Source: Candidatus Micrarchaeota archaeon (GTDB lineage: Archaea; Micrarchaeota; Micrarchaeia; Micrarchaeales; CABMGC01). From it: a DNA stretch of 38,099 bases. Below, piece after piece: positions 26,806 through 36,950 of the stretch. The DNA lies in NCBI GenBank assembly GCA_021792235.1, contig JAJYVC010000003.1, forward strand, positions 960 through 39,058, in the 5' to 3' direction. The stretch's first letter is position 1. Every line of letters starts with the position of its first letter. The notes under the pieces are model-generated. The model did not search any database, was not told where the DNA came from, and saw nothing but the letters and a program-made list of their open reading frames with translations. Both the position numbers and the translations under genes were made by a program.

Positions 26806-26879
26806 TTTTTTGATTGGTTTGACGTTGAATTAATATATTTATTAGGATATAGTATGTTATGGTACAACAGTGAGGTACT

Positions 26880-27836
26880 ATGTCGTTCAAGGCAAAGCAT
26901 TCAAGTCCGGTGAAAGTCAAGGGGGACGTATTCTCAATCAATTCGAGCAACTACTTAATAACAGCCAACTTGGTTGTTGTAAGGGAGATTCCAAAATCAT
27001 TTGATGGAGGGCTCACCACGCAGAGGATTGGTAAGCCTGACTATCAAAAAATACGCGAACAGCATGAAGAATTTGTAAATGTCATGCGCAGGCTCGGACT
27101 GAAGGTCATAAGGCTTCCCGCGTATGAGGAACACCCTGACATACATTTCCCAAGGGATACCATAGCTTCGTACAAGGGTGCGCTGATGAGCCTCAATCCT
27201 GGCGCTGCGTCGAGGAAAGCTGAGGTGGAGAGGAATATCTCTGACCTTGAGAAAGTAGGGATTCATGTGAAGAGGATCGAGTATCCCGAAGGCGCGTTCA
27301 TAGAAGGAGGCGATGTGCTTTCCTTCGACGGCGAGGGTCTTGTGGTAATAGGCATATCAGGAAACAGCAATGACATACGGACAAACGAGGCTGGTGCAAA
27401 GGCATTCGCTGAGGCATTGAAGACAATTGACCATGACGTTACCATCGTAGCTGTAAGGCATACTGGCGTGCTGCATCTGGAGACGGGCTTCACCAGGCTC
27501 ACAAAGGATCTGGCGTTGAAGGATCCAAAGTGTTCGATAGACTGGAAAAATCCGTACTATCCTCTCGGTGACGGTAAGAGGGTGAAACTTCCTCCATGGC
27601 AGATAATCGAGCTGCCCGAGGCGGAGGGCTACGGTGCGCACGTGCTACCAATCAACGGCGCCGTCATCATAGCAAAGGGCTATCCTACAGTGAAGGGTCT
27701 TGCAGAAAAATACTACAATCTCGTTATAGAGGTTGACATGAGCGAGTCGCACAAGATGGATGGCAGCCTAAGGTGCTGGACCATACTGCACAATGAAAAT
27801 ACTGAAACACACCGCAGTGAAGCCAAACCTTTATGA
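26880..27836 (+). CDS. Amidinotransferase-superfamily (pentein) enzyme, dimethylarginine dimethylaminohydrolase-like
   Basis: QHE.F...M, HPD.HFPRD, PGAASR.AE, IEGGDV, RTN..G, LHLET, SE..KMDGSLRC. The Asp/Glu-His-Cys catalytic set appears present. Confidence 0.85.
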   Translation: MSFKAKHSSPVKVKGDVFSINSSNYLITANLVVVREIPKSFDGGLTTQRIGKPDYQKIREQHEEFVNVMRRLGLKVIRLPAYEEHPDIHFPRDTIASYKGALMSLNPGAASRKAEVERNISDLEKVGIHVKRIEYPEGAFIEGGDVLSFDGEGLVVIGISGNSNDIRTNEAGAKAFAEALKTIDHDVTIVAVRHTGVLHLETGFTRLTKDLALKDPKCSIDWKNPYYPLGDGKRVKLPPWQIIELPEAEGYGAHVLPINGAVIIAKGYPTVKGLAEKYYNLVIEVDMSESHKMDGSLRCWTILHNENTETHRSEAKPL

Positions 27837-27866
27837 AAACGAATGGTGTAAAACCAGTTGTTCTAC

Positions 27867-28907
27867 ATGCCCAAGCTAAGCAAGAAGATAAGCGAGCCAA
27901 GCATACTCGTGAAGCCGGTGTCGAAACTAGGCGGTCTGGATAACATACACTTGGCACTGATGGCTTTGGTTATAATACTTATACTTCTTGTGGCTGTAAT
28001 CTCGTACAACACAAAGATAACGATTGTGAACTACACAAATCAGACTACCAGCATCAATGCAACCACTTTCAAAGCAATCCATACGCCATCCCAGGCATTA
28101 TCCCAGGCGGAACGCATACTGGCGAGTTATTCGAATATCAATAGCTCGATATCTCTTCTGCCATACCTTGCCAATGTGAATGCTGCAAACGTCTTCTACC
28201 TGCAGAATGTGCGGCAGTGGTACGTATCGATACCATACACTGGTCCTCAGAACGGTAAAACTTATCTATTCAGCATAATCATGAATGACAGCAATCTGTC
28301 CAGGTTCAGCACATTCGTTCAGGATGTAAACCCCATAGCAGTAACAAACAACCAGGTTATCTCAAGGGGCGTTGTGAAACTGTACGGCCAGACCTCGTGC
28401 ACTGCGCCAGGCGGTGCAGTACCTGTGTACTGGTTCCTTGACCCATACGCGCCAGGCGCCCTGCAGTCCTTGAAAAATGCAACTGCGCTTGAGCAGCGAT
28501 TCGGGAGCAATGTAAATGTCAGCATAAAGATACTGAGCACACAGTATTCAGTGGGCATAGCAAATACCTACGGGCTCAATAACACTCTTCAGCTTGGTAA
28601 GTATCTGTACTGCGCATCTACGCAGCGCAACTTCACTAAGTTTGTTACTGCAGTAAATACGACTTACCAGGACACATATATACCTGCATACCTGCTCCAA
28701 GAGCTTGCTGGGCAGTCAGGACTCAACACCACTGTGCTTAACGCGTGCGTCGCATCGGCGCAGGGCAGTATAAACGCGCAGTTCGAGCAGGCAAGGCACT
28801 ACAACATAACCTCATCGTCATCAGTGCTCACGAGCTGTGAGTATATCTCCATACCTCAGACTGTCCAGGATGCGGTGTGCTATTCCGATCCTTCGATATG
28901 CGGATAA
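27867..28907 (+). CDS. Membrane-anchored extracellular protein with many N-glycosylation sequons and a C-terminal DsbA/thioredoxin-like region
   Basis: One N-terminal TM helix and more than 10 N-x-S/T sites. VYWFLDPYAP sits where F.D..CP.C is expected; also has ...YCA and A...GL......AC patterns. Confidence 0.6.
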   Translation: MPKLSKKISEPSILVKPVSKLGGLDNIHLALMALVIILILLVAVISYNTKITIVNYTNQTTSINATTFKAIHTPSQALSQAERILASYSNINSSISLLPYLANVNAANVFYLQNVRQWYVSIPYTGPQNGKTYLFSIIMNDSNLSRFSTFVQDVNPIAVTNNQVISRGVVKLYGQTSCTAPGGAVPVYWFLDPYAPGALQSLKNATALEQRFGSNVNVSIKILSTQYSVGIANTYGLNNTLQLGKYLYCASTQRNFTKFVTAVNTTYQDTYIPAYLLQELAGQSGLNTTVLNACVASAQGSINAQFEQARHYNITSSSSVLTSCEYISIPQTVQDAVCYSDPSICG

Positions 28908-29193
28908 GCGCAGCAAAAAACGATCATACGCAAGAGACCAAATGCAAAGACGCATGGTCTGTCAAAGCTCTAAGTAAGTATTCATGCGCCAGCATTCGCC
29001 TTTGCAGGAACCTGGCAGAATGCACTTCGTGAATTGCGAGTCGGAAGGCAGCCAGCCATTCAGATTCCCGGTAAGTTCTTGTACGCAATCCAAAGCCAGT
29101 CTCAAGATCTGCCATATGAAACCGGATGTATGACTATCTGCAATGTTGCTAATCAGCACGAATTATAAAAATCCTGCGCCCAAATAACTAATC

Positions 29194-29745
29194 ATGGAAA
29201 GCACTGAAGAACAAATCATCAAGAACATGGTTGACAAGGCTGAAGTCAGCCTGATACTAGATACCTATGATGATATATTCTCAGATTTTGACCCAAGGCC
29301 ATATAACCAGCGCATTCTATCTGAAGACTTCATATCCGAGGCAAAAAAAGCTGCACGCGATAAGACGACAGGCATAGAGTTGCAGTTTATGATACCACAG
29401 CAACTAAGGAACGAGCGGAGCGAATCCCTGATAAAACAGCGTCTTAAGGATTACTTCAAGAAGAATTATAAGAGGATAAAGGCCGAGTTGTCCAGGCAGG
29501 AAAAGCGGGCAATGGTACTGATTGGAGTCGGCGTGGTGATAGGATTCTCCGCAGTTTTTCTGTTATCGTCAAGTTACATAAGTACCATAATTAAGTATAC
29601 GGTAGAGATAGTGCTTACGCCTGCCAGCTGGTATACTGTGTGGACCGGCTTCGACGGTCTTATAGTCAAGCCAAAAGATCTCCTGACGGACAAGGAATTC
29701 TACAGGAAGATGGCAGGAGCAGATATAACTTTCACATCTTATTGA
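29194..29745 (+). CDS. Hypothetical membrane protein
   Basis: Soluble N-terminus (LDTYDDIFSDFDPRPY..R.LS.DF) followed by two TM segments. Confidence 0.75.
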   Translation: MESTEEQIIKNMVDKAEVSLILDTYDDIFSDFDPRPYNQRILSEDFISEAKKAARDKTTGIELQFMIPQQLRNERSESLIKQRLKDYFKKNYKRIKAELSRQEKRAMVLIGVGVVIGFSAVFLLSSSYISTIIKYTVEIVLTPASWYTVWTGFDGLIVKPKDLLTDKEFYRKMAGADITFTSY

Positions 29746-29786
29746 AGGAGCTTCAAGTAGGGTGCAAGAAGCTCCCAAACAAAATT

Positions 29787-29861
29787 CGGGCATGACGGGA
29801 TTTGAACCCGCAACCAGCGGCTCCGCAAGCCGACGTGCTATCCAGGTTACACCACATGCCC
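29787..29861 (-). tRNA. tRNA-Arg(GCG)
   Basis: Acceptor GGGCATG/CATGCCC, anticodon arm CGGC-TTGCGGA-GCCG, T arm GCGGG-TTCAAAT-CCCGT. Confidence 0.92.
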
Positions 29862-29926
29862 ACGACAATACTTTATATAGGTTTCTATTTATAAAGACTT
29901 TACATCAATTTTATACTAGTGAGCAC

Positions 29927-30094
29927 ATGTCGGCACAAATAGGGAAGCTCTGTTCATCATGCGGTAAGCTAAGCGTCGAATATGTGGAATTCAAATGCCC
30001 CGGCTGCCTCCAGGAGACGATAGTAAGGGACATGAGCTGCAGGGAGAAGCATACGCGCTACAAGTGCTCAAAATGCGGAACAGAAGGTCCATGA
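29927..30094 (+). CDS. Small zinc-ribbon protein (DUF1610-like), the usual upstream partner of EF-1beta
   Basis: CSSC, FKCPGC, RDMSCR, YKCSKCG.EGP. ATG 29927. The third CxxC has its first Cys replaced by Asp. Confidence 0.85.
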   Translation: MSAQIGKLCSSCGKLSVEYVEFKCPGCLQETIVRDMSCREKHTRYKCSKCGTEGP

Positions 30095-30095
30095 T

Positions 30096-30344
30096 ATGGG
30101 AAAAGTTGCTACAGTGTTCAAGGTCTACGCTGAAGACATAAGCATGACGGATTCAATAAAGGCTGATATATCAAACACGCTGAAGCCCAATGGCATCCAG
30201 ATCGATGACATAGGCTTCGGCATAAAGGTTCTGAAGGTAATGTTCATCCATGAGGATCAGGAGGGCAGCACCAGCTTCGAGGAAGGGCTCAGGAAGGTAA
30301 AAGGAGTAAGGGACGTCGAAGTAGAGGACGAAACACTAATATAG
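30096..30344 (+). CDS. ef1b: Translation elongation factor 1-beta
   Basis: MGKV....KV, IGFGIKVL, E......V.GV..VEV. Conserved position after the zinc-ribbon gene. Confidence 0.88.
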   Translation: MGKVATVFKVYAEDISMTDSIKADISNTLKPNGIQIDDIGFGIKVLKVMFIHEDQEGSTSFEEGLRKVKGVRDVEVEDETLI

Positions 30345-30390
30345 TTATGCGCTCCGTTCCTAATGGTGGAAGCGCTTTGTCAGTGATTTC

Positions 30391-32697
30391 GTGATCAAAT
30401 CAATCGAGCTTAGGAACTGGAAGACGCACAAGAACACAAAGCTCGACTTCTCCAAAGGAACAAACATACTTATAGGGCAGATGGGTGCAGGCAAGAGCTC
30501 TTTGATGGATGCAATATCCTTCGCACTTTTCGGTACTTTCCCTGCAATACAGCATAAAAGGGTGGGCGTGAGCAGGCTGATAAGGAACAAGCCCGAACAG
30601 GAAAAGGAAGCCCACGTCAAATTGGGCCTTGAGATAAATGGGGAGAGCTACCTGATTACAAGGGAACTGGATCTCAAGGGAAAATCGACTGCAACCATAG
30701 AGAAAAATGGTGCATACCTCCAGTCGCAACCTGAAAGGGTGACTGAGGAAGTGGAGCGGATACTAAAGACTGATTACGACCTTTTCTCAAAGGCAGTGTA
30801 TTCTGAGCAGAACCAGCTGGACTACTTCCTGGATCTTCGGGCTTCCGAAAGGAAGAAGCAGATAGATGGGCTGCTCGGCTTGGACAGATTCGCAACAGCG
30901 CAGGACAATGCGACGTCGTTGCTGAATAGGATAAGGGACATGATATCAGACAGTGAAAGGATAGCAAGGGAATTCGATATAGACAAGGCAGCATCGGAAT
31001 TGCAGGAGATGAAGTCGAGTCTCGATATGCTGAGAACTGAAAAAACCAATGCCCAGGAAGGCGTAAAGGCGCAGAAGGAAGTGAAATCGAAACTGGAATC
31101 CGAGGCGTCGTCCCTCAAGGAAATGAGGGTCAGGAAATCTGCGCTGATGGAGGAGATAAAAAGCCTTAAGGATAGGATATCTCTCCTTGAAGCAGAGATA
31201 AATAAGACAGACCATGCTGCCCTCCGCAAAAAACAGGACGTAATTGAAGAGAAGAATCATATACGCAGCGAGATTGAAAATCTAAACCGGCTTGAGAAGC
31301 GAGTATCAGAGGTGGAGAGCAATGCAAATAAGGAGATTGGCAGGCTAGTCTCTGAAATAGATGGTGCGAGGAAGGATGCAGCTGAAAAGATTAGAATAGA
31401 TAAGGAGCTCGAGAAAAAAAGCAGCATGGACATACAGAAGAGCATGGCAGAATGCAATAGCTCCATAGAAAAAATCTCAGATGATCTCGCGCATTCAAGA
31501 TCCATAGTGTCGGAGACAGAGAAGCAGCTCAAGGACCTGGTAGATCATTTGGGCAAATGCCCAGTATGCGAACGTGCAATTGATGACCAGACAAAGGAAA
31601 GGATAAAAGAGTCAAAGAGTAGCCTAATACGCGAACACGCAGCGAGGTTGAAGACCCTTGAAGCAGAGCTGCTCAAGAAAAGATCTGAGCTGAATGGTCT
31701 CACGACCCTTCAGGCATCTGTTGCATCTCTGCAAGAGAGCAGGAAACGCTATCTGGGCGCAGAGGAGAGGATAAAGGGGCTCGAATCAAGGCTTTCTGCA
31801 GCGAAAGTACAGCAAGAAAAGTCAAAGAAGGAACGCAACGATTTCATTTCAGAGATTAATTCAGCAAACGAGAGGCTGCGCAAGTCAACTTCTGAACTCG
31901 ATGCAATAGAACGCATAGAAAGGCACACTTTCGAAAAGGAAAGAATGTCAAAGGAGCTATTGGCTAAGAGCCAAGCATGTAATGCCATAGCAGTTGATGA
32001 CAGAAGGATAGATGAGATAGAGGTACGGCTGAGGAACGCCGTAGCAGAGATGAGCAGGTACGAAACCATCCTGGATTCTGCCTTCAGAGGCATAAGGGAC
32101 AAGGAGATGCAGATAGGTGCAAAGGAATCAGAGATGGCACGGATAAGGAGGATACACGACGACGTGAAGGCCAAGAAGGAGCTCGTGGAGAATCTCTCGA
32201 AGTTCAAGATGGCATTATCAGAGACGCAGTCAGCGCTGAGGGTAAAACTCATCAATTCCATAAATGAAGTGATGCACGGCGTATGGAAGGAGCTTTATCC
32301 GTATGGTGACTACGAGAGCGTGATACTTGATGCGTCAGAGAGTGGTTATGAGCTCAAGGTGAGGACCATCGTGAACAACGAGCATGTCTGGGAAGATGTC
32401 GAAGCGATAGCAAGCGGAGGCGAAAGGAGCACTGCCTGCCTGGCCATGAGGGTTGCGTTCTCCCTTGTGCTCGTACCAAACCTCAAATGGCTCATATTGG
32501 ATGAGCCGACGCACAACATAGACCGGCAGGGCTTGTCGAAGTTCGTTCAGATGTTCAGCGAGACGCTGCCGAGCATGGTGGATCAGGTGTTCATAATAAC
32601 TCATGACGAGATGCTTAAACAGGTGAACGACGCCAAGATATACGTACTAGACAGGAACAAGGAACTGAATCAGGAGACGATGGTGTCTCAGGGATGA
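30391..32697 (+). CDS. Rad50/SbcC-like SMC-family ATPase with zinc hook
   Basis: Walker A GQMGAGKSS, Q-loop SEQ, long coiled coil with central CPVC, signature SGGE, ILDEPT.NID, IITHD. Confidence 0.88.
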   Translation: MIKSIELRNWKTHKNTKLDFSKGTNILIGQMGAGKSSLMDAISFALFGTFPAIQHKRVGVSRLIRNKPEQEKEAHVKLGLEINGESYLITRELDLKGKSTATIEKNGAYLQSQPERVTEEVERILKTDYDLFSKAVYSEQNQLDYFLDLRASERKKQIDGLLGLDRFATAQDNATSLLNRIRDMISDSERIAREFDIDKAASELQEMKSSLDMLRTEKTNAQEGVKAQKEVKSKLESEASSLKEMRVRKSALMEEIKSLKDRISLLEAEINKTDHAALRKKQDVIEEKNHIRSEIENLNRLEKRVSEVESNANKEIGRLVSEIDGARKDAAEKIRIDKELEKKSSMDIQKSMAECNSSIEKISDDLAHSRSIVSETEKQLKDLVDHLGKCPVCERAIDDQTKERIKESKSSLIREHAARLKTLEAELLKKRSELNGLTTLQASVASLQESRKRYLGAEERIKGLESRLSAAKVQQEKSKKERNDFISEINSANERLRKSTSELDAIERIERHTFEKERMSKELLAKSQACNAIAVDDRRIDEIEVRLRNAVAEMSRYETILDSAFRGIRDKEMQIGAKESEMARIRRIHDDVKAKKELVENLSKFKMALSETQSALRVKLINSINEVMHGVWKELYPYGDYESVILDASESGYELKVRTIVNNEHVWEDVEAIASGGERSTACLAMRVAFSLVLVPNLKWLILDEPTHNIDRQGLSKFVQMFSETLPSMVDQVFIITHDEMLKQVNDAKIYVLDRNKELNQETMVSQG

Positions 32698-32712
32698 CTT
32701 TCGAGGTACGGG

Positions 32713-33744
32713 CTAGATGGTGTCTAGGCCAAAAGAGCTATCGGACTTCTCCTCCGTCCTTCCCAGCACAGAAGAGCCGCTCACCCCAGTGAATATGGCT
32801 ATTACCTCTATATTATCTCCGAATTCTGGATCGAGCCTCGCACCCCATATGACGTTTGCGTTAGGTGCGCTCCTTGAAGTGAGCTTCTCTCCAATCTGAT
32901 TGGCATCGCCCAAAGTCAAGCCCGGTCCGCCGGTTATGTGCAGAAGCACGCCAGTAGCATTTGAATAATCCACATCAAGCAGCTTGTTCTTCAACGTGTC
33001 CCTAACTACATCCTCGACTCTGTTTGAGCCTCTCGCGCTGCCCACGCTTATCATCGCGAGACCTCCAACTGACATTATCGTCCTTACGTCGGCGAAATCC
33101 AGATTTATCAGGCTGGGTTGGGTTATCGCCTCGGTTATTCCCCTCACCGCCTTCATCGTTATCTCATCAGCCATAGCAAAGGCCTTCTCCATGGGCAGGT
33201 TGGGATACACCTCCACGAGTCTTTGGTTGTCTATCACTATTAGCGTGTCTATGTGTTGTCTGAGCTTCTGTATCCCCTTCCTTGCAATCTCAAGCCTTAC
33301 TCTCTCCAGGGCGAAAGGTATGGTCACTATGCCTATGACTATGGAACCGTTGTCCTTCAGTGTCCTGCCTACCACGGGTGCGGCGCCTGTGCCCGTGCCC
33401 CCTCCCATTCCGGCGCACAGGAATGCCATGTTGAGGTCGCGTGTGAGTATCTCAAGCTCGTTCTTTGAGAGGTCTGCAGCCTTCTCCCCTATATCCGGAT
33501 ATCCTCCCGCACCCAGTCCGTGTGTAAGCGCGCCGCCAAGCATGAGCTTTGTTATGTTCGGATTCATCATATTCAGCTGCTTTGAATCGGTATTGAATGC
33601 GAACAGCTTCGCGCCTTTTATGTCAGCGCCGCTAAGCCTCTGCACCGTGTTGTTTCCTCCACCGCCCACACCGACCACCCCTATCCTGGGCTTGAAAAGA
33701 TCATAGTCCTCAAAATCCGATCCATGCATCGTGCTTTCTTCCAT
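32713..33744 (-). CDS. ftsZ: Cell division protein FtsZ
   Basis: GVGGGGNN, NTD, GLGAGG.P, GMGGGTGTGAAP, IDNQRL, INLDFADV, IWGA. Confidence 0.95.
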   Translation of the reverse strand: MEESTMHGSDFEDYDLFKPRIGVVGVGGGGNNTVQRLSGADIKGAKLFAFNTDSKQLNMMNPNITKLMLGGALTHGLGAGGYPDIGEKAADLSKNELEILTRDLNMAFLCAGMGGGTGTGAAPVVGRTLKDNGSIVIGIVTIPFALERVRLEIARKGIQKLRQHIDTLIVIDNQRLVEVYPNLPMEKAFAMADEITMKAVRGITEAITQPSLINLDFADVRTIMSVGGLAMISVGSARGSNRVEDVVRDTLKNKLLDVDYSNATGVLLHITGGPGLTLGDANQIGEKLTSRSAPNANVIWGARLDPEFGDNIEVIAIFTGVSGSSVLGRTEEKSDSSFGLDTI

Positions 33745-33854
33745 GATGTCGCCAGAGATTATTTGTTCATACCGAATTAAAAACCTTTCCTGTATTCAGC
33801 GTCGGATTTCTTGGCTGCAAGAAGGCTTTAATTTGTTGGGCGGCAAATCATATC

Positions 33855-35579
33855 ATGTACAACTCCCAGATTGCGGAAATGCTCAGCGAGATCGCGGACA
33901 TGCTGTCCCTCGACGAGAAGGATAGGAAGTTCGAGGTGCGTGCGTACAGGAAGGCAGCACTCACCATATCTGGGCTGCAGGAGGACGTGGCCGAGATCTA
34001 CAAGAAGGGTGGGATCGATGCAATCATGGAACTGCCAGGCATAGGTAAGGGCATAGCAGCATCGGTCAAGGAGTACATAGAGACTGGAAGGATGTCCAAG
34101 TTCGATGACCTGAAGAAAAAGTATCCTCTCGATTTTAAGTCGCTTACCAGCATACAGGGAATGGGTGCCAAGAAGGCCTTCAAGCTCTACAAGTATCTCA
34201 AGATAAAGGACGTGGATGACTTGAAGAGGGCAGTGTCAAAGCACAGGATAAGGGACCTAGGCGGATTTGGGGAGAAGAGCGAGGAGGACATAAGCAAGGG
34301 CATAGCGATAATGGAGGCAAGCATGGGCCGCATGGCCCTGGGAGCGGCACTGCCTGAAGCTGAGGATATTGTAAGGAAGCTCAACGAATCTGGTCTTGTC
34401 GGGAGGTCAGCCATAGCTGGGTCGACAAGGAGGATGAAGGAGACTGTGGGAGACCTTGACATACTTGTGACCTCTTCAAAGTCAGAGAAGGTCATGGACT
34501 TCATATCCAAGATGGAAGAGGTGGAGGATGTGGTCCTCAGTGGTCCGACCAAGATCACTGTGCGACTTAGGATAGGTCTCAATTGCGATATCAGAGTCGT
34601 TGAACAGGACAGCTTCGGTGCTGCGTTGCAGTACTTCACAGGCAACAAGGATCACAATGTCAAGGTAAGACAGATAGCCATACGGCTCGGATACAAGCTC
34701 AACGAATACGGCCTGTTCAATAAGAATGGCAGGAATGTGGCTGGAAAAGACGAGGAAAGCATATATAAGAAGCTGGGCATGGAAATCATGGATCCCGAGA
34801 TGCGGGAGGACAGGGGTGAGGTAGAGCTTTCGCTGCAACACAAGATACCAAAAGTGGTGCAGCTGGGCGATATGGTTGGAGATCTGCATGTGCACACAAA
34901 CCACAGCGACGGATCTGCTACCATACTTGAAATGGCCAATGCAGCAAGGGAAATAGGCAGGAAGTACATAGGCATATCTGACCACTCAAAGAGCGAGTAC
35001 GTTGCGCACGGGATGGACGACAAGCAGTTCGAAAAGCACCTCTCCGAGATAGACAAGGCAAACGAGAAGCTTGAAGGAATAAGGCTGCTTAAGAGCGCCG
35101 AAATAGACATACTCAAGGATGGAAGCCTTGATCTCAGCAAGAAGACTATATCGCTGATGGACTACACTCTGGCAAGCATACACACAAACCTCAACATGGG
35201 CAGAGAAGAGATGACAAAGAGGGTTATTTTAGCAATGGAGAGCGGATACGTGAGCATATTTGCGCATCCCACAGACAGGATTATCAATGTAAGAAAACCG
35301 ATAGACATAGACCTTGACAAGGTATTCCAGGCTGCTGAGGATAATGGCGTTATCCTGGAAATCGACGGATACCCAGACAGGCTTGACCTCAATGATGAGA
35401 ATATAATGAGAGCGAGACACTATAAGGTGAAGTTTTCCATAGATACTGATTCTCACAGTCCTGCGCACCTATCACTTATGAGATACGGTGTGAGCACCGC
35501 AAAGCGCGGCTGGCTTACTCCTGACAGGGTCGTAAACACACTTGGCGTAGATAGGCTTGTGCGACTGTTTAGGCGTTGA
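33855..35579 (+). CDS. polX: DNA polymerase X with C-terminal PHP domain
   Basis: AYRKAA, LPGIGK, GSTRR.KETVGDLDIL, CDIR, YFTG.K.HN, LNEYGL; PHP motifs DLHVHT..SDG, SDHS, AHP, DSH. Confidence 0.94.
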   Translation: MYNSQIAEMLSEIADMLSLDEKDRKFEVRAYRKAALTISGLQEDVAEIYKKGGIDAIMELPGIGKGIAASVKEYIETGRMSKFDDLKKKYPLDFKSLTSIQGMGAKKAFKLYKYLKIKDVDDLKRAVSKHRIRDLGGFGEKSEEDISKGIAIMEASMGRMALGAALPEAEDIVRKLNESGLVGRSAIAGSTRRMKETVGDLDILVTSSKSEKVMDFISKMEEVEDVVLSGPTKITVRLRIGLNCDIRVVEQDSFGAALQYFTGNKDHNVKVRQIAIRLGYKLNEYGLFNKNGRNVAGKDEESIYKKLGMEIMDPEMREDRGEVELSLQHKIPKVVQLGDMVGDLHVHTNHSDGSATILEMANAAREIGRKYIGISDHSKSEYVAHGMDDKQFEKHLSEIDKANEKLEGIRLLKSAEIDILKDGSLDLSKKTISLMDYTLASIHTNLNMGREEMTKRVILAMESGYVSIFAHPTDRIINVRKPIDIDLDKVFQAAEDNGVILEIDGYPDRLDLNDENIMRARHYKVKFSIDTDSHSPAHLSLMRYGVSTAKRGWLTPDRVVNTLGVDRLVRLFRR

Positions 35580-35633
35580 ATAATCAAAATTTCGTAGCAA
35601 ACGCTTAAATATGCTCCAAAATGACTTCATATC

Positions 35634-36950
35634 ATGCGGATATTTGGGATTAAGGATCGCCACGTTTCAGCAGATGGACAGTCTGAACTCAAGGCGCAGG
35701 CAAGGCCAGCAGAATCTCTGCAGGAGCCCAAAGGCGATGCGAAAAGACTCACGGATGATGCGACGCTGCTCCCCAAGCTTAAGGAATTTTATGTTCAGCT
35801 TGCGAGTCCGTTCATAAACAAGGAGGAAGAGGCAAAGCTCATAGCCCTAGCGCTTGTGGCTAAGGAGCATGTGATGCTCGTAAGCGAGCCAGGCACTGCG
35901 AAATCAGCGCTTGCGATAAGGGCAGGAGAGCTTACAGAATCCAAGGTGTTCAAGAAGCAGCTTAGCAAGTTCACCGATCCCGCGGAGCTCTTCGGCCCTC
36001 CAAATGCAAAGCTAATACTCGAAGAAGGCAAGTTCCAGATAGTGACCACAGGAATGCTGCCTGAAGCGGACATAGCATTCATAGATGAGATATTCAGGGG
36101 AGGATCTGCCATAAGGGACACGCTGTTGCTCATAATGAATGAGAGGGTTATGTTCAATGGCCAGGAGACTATTCCAGCACCTGTCAGAACGGTGATCAGC
36201 GCTACAAACTTCGTCTCATACGACGAAGAGGATCAGGCGCTCTACGATAGGTTCATGCTCAGGCACTTCATATCTCCGCTGGCCAAAAAGGATTGGGGAG
36301 GACTGGTTCAGGCTACATGGAATGTCGAATTCAACAGGACAGCCAGCGTCAAGGAACCTGTGCTTACTCTGGCAGACCTTGATGCGCTCTACGACAGACT
36401 AAGTAAGGTTAACAAATCCAACGTTAAGGATATACTTGAGAGTATATACGAAAAAGCCGAGGAGGTGCTTAAGATCCATATAACTGACAGGAGGAAGGGA
36501 AGGTCGCTGAAAATGATAGCGGCAAGCGCGCTGCTAGAGGGCAGGACCAAAACTACTGTAGAGGATCTGATGGTCCTGAAATACATAATACCTCACGATG
36601 AGGAAGAAGCTGCAAGAGTCACTGCAATGCTCGAAGATATAATATCTCCGGTAAACCACATAAATCGGCTGTCCAGGATAAACGAGAACATGGTTAGTGC
36701 AATTGACCAGTTCCGGCAGGATCCATCCGTTGTAAAAGATATAGCTCACGACCTGGAGGTTACTGCGAAGGCTTCCGAAGAGGCTAAAAAGCTCATAGGT
36801 CTTCATTCTGACAAGGAACTGAGGAGGACTGCAAGGGCTGTGATCAGATCTGCAAAGGAGCTATCATCCCTTCTCAGCGACCTGAAGGCGGAGAGGGAAG
36901 CAAAGGCTGCCGAGCTTACTGTGGTGGCGAGGAATGAGGTGTACGGCTGA
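35634..36950 (+). CDS. RavA-like (MoxR-class) AAA+ ATPase
   Basis: EHV.L.SEPGTAKS, FT.P.ELFGP, LPEA.IAFIDEIF, LL.IMNER, ATN, ALYDRF, TDRR. Confidence 0.88.
   Translation: MRIFGIKDRHVSADGQSELKAQARPAESLQEPKGDAKRLTDDATLLPKLKEFYVQLASPFINKEEEAKLIALALVAKEHVMLVSEPGTAKSALAIRAGELTESKVFKKQLSKFTDPAELFGPPNAKLILEEGKFQIVTTGMLPEADIAFIDEIFRGGSAIRDTLLLIMNERVMFNGQETIPAPVRTVISATNFVSYDEEDQALYDRFMLRHFISPLAKKDWGGLVQATWNVEFNRTASVKEPVLTLADLDALYDRLSKVNKSNVKDILESIYEKAEEVLKIHITDRRKGRSLKMIAASALLEGRTKTTVEDLMVLKYIIPHDEEEAARVTAMLEDIISPVNHINRLSRINENMVSAIDQFRQDPSVVKDIAHDLEVTAKASEEAKKLIGLHSDKELRRTARAVIRSAKELSSLLSDLKAEREAKAAELTVVARNEVYG

Noticed and set aside
28908-29193. Two short minus-strand ORFs or a possible ncRNA in a 285-bp gap
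   Set aside because: No recognisable motif or convincing structure, so neither call can be supported.
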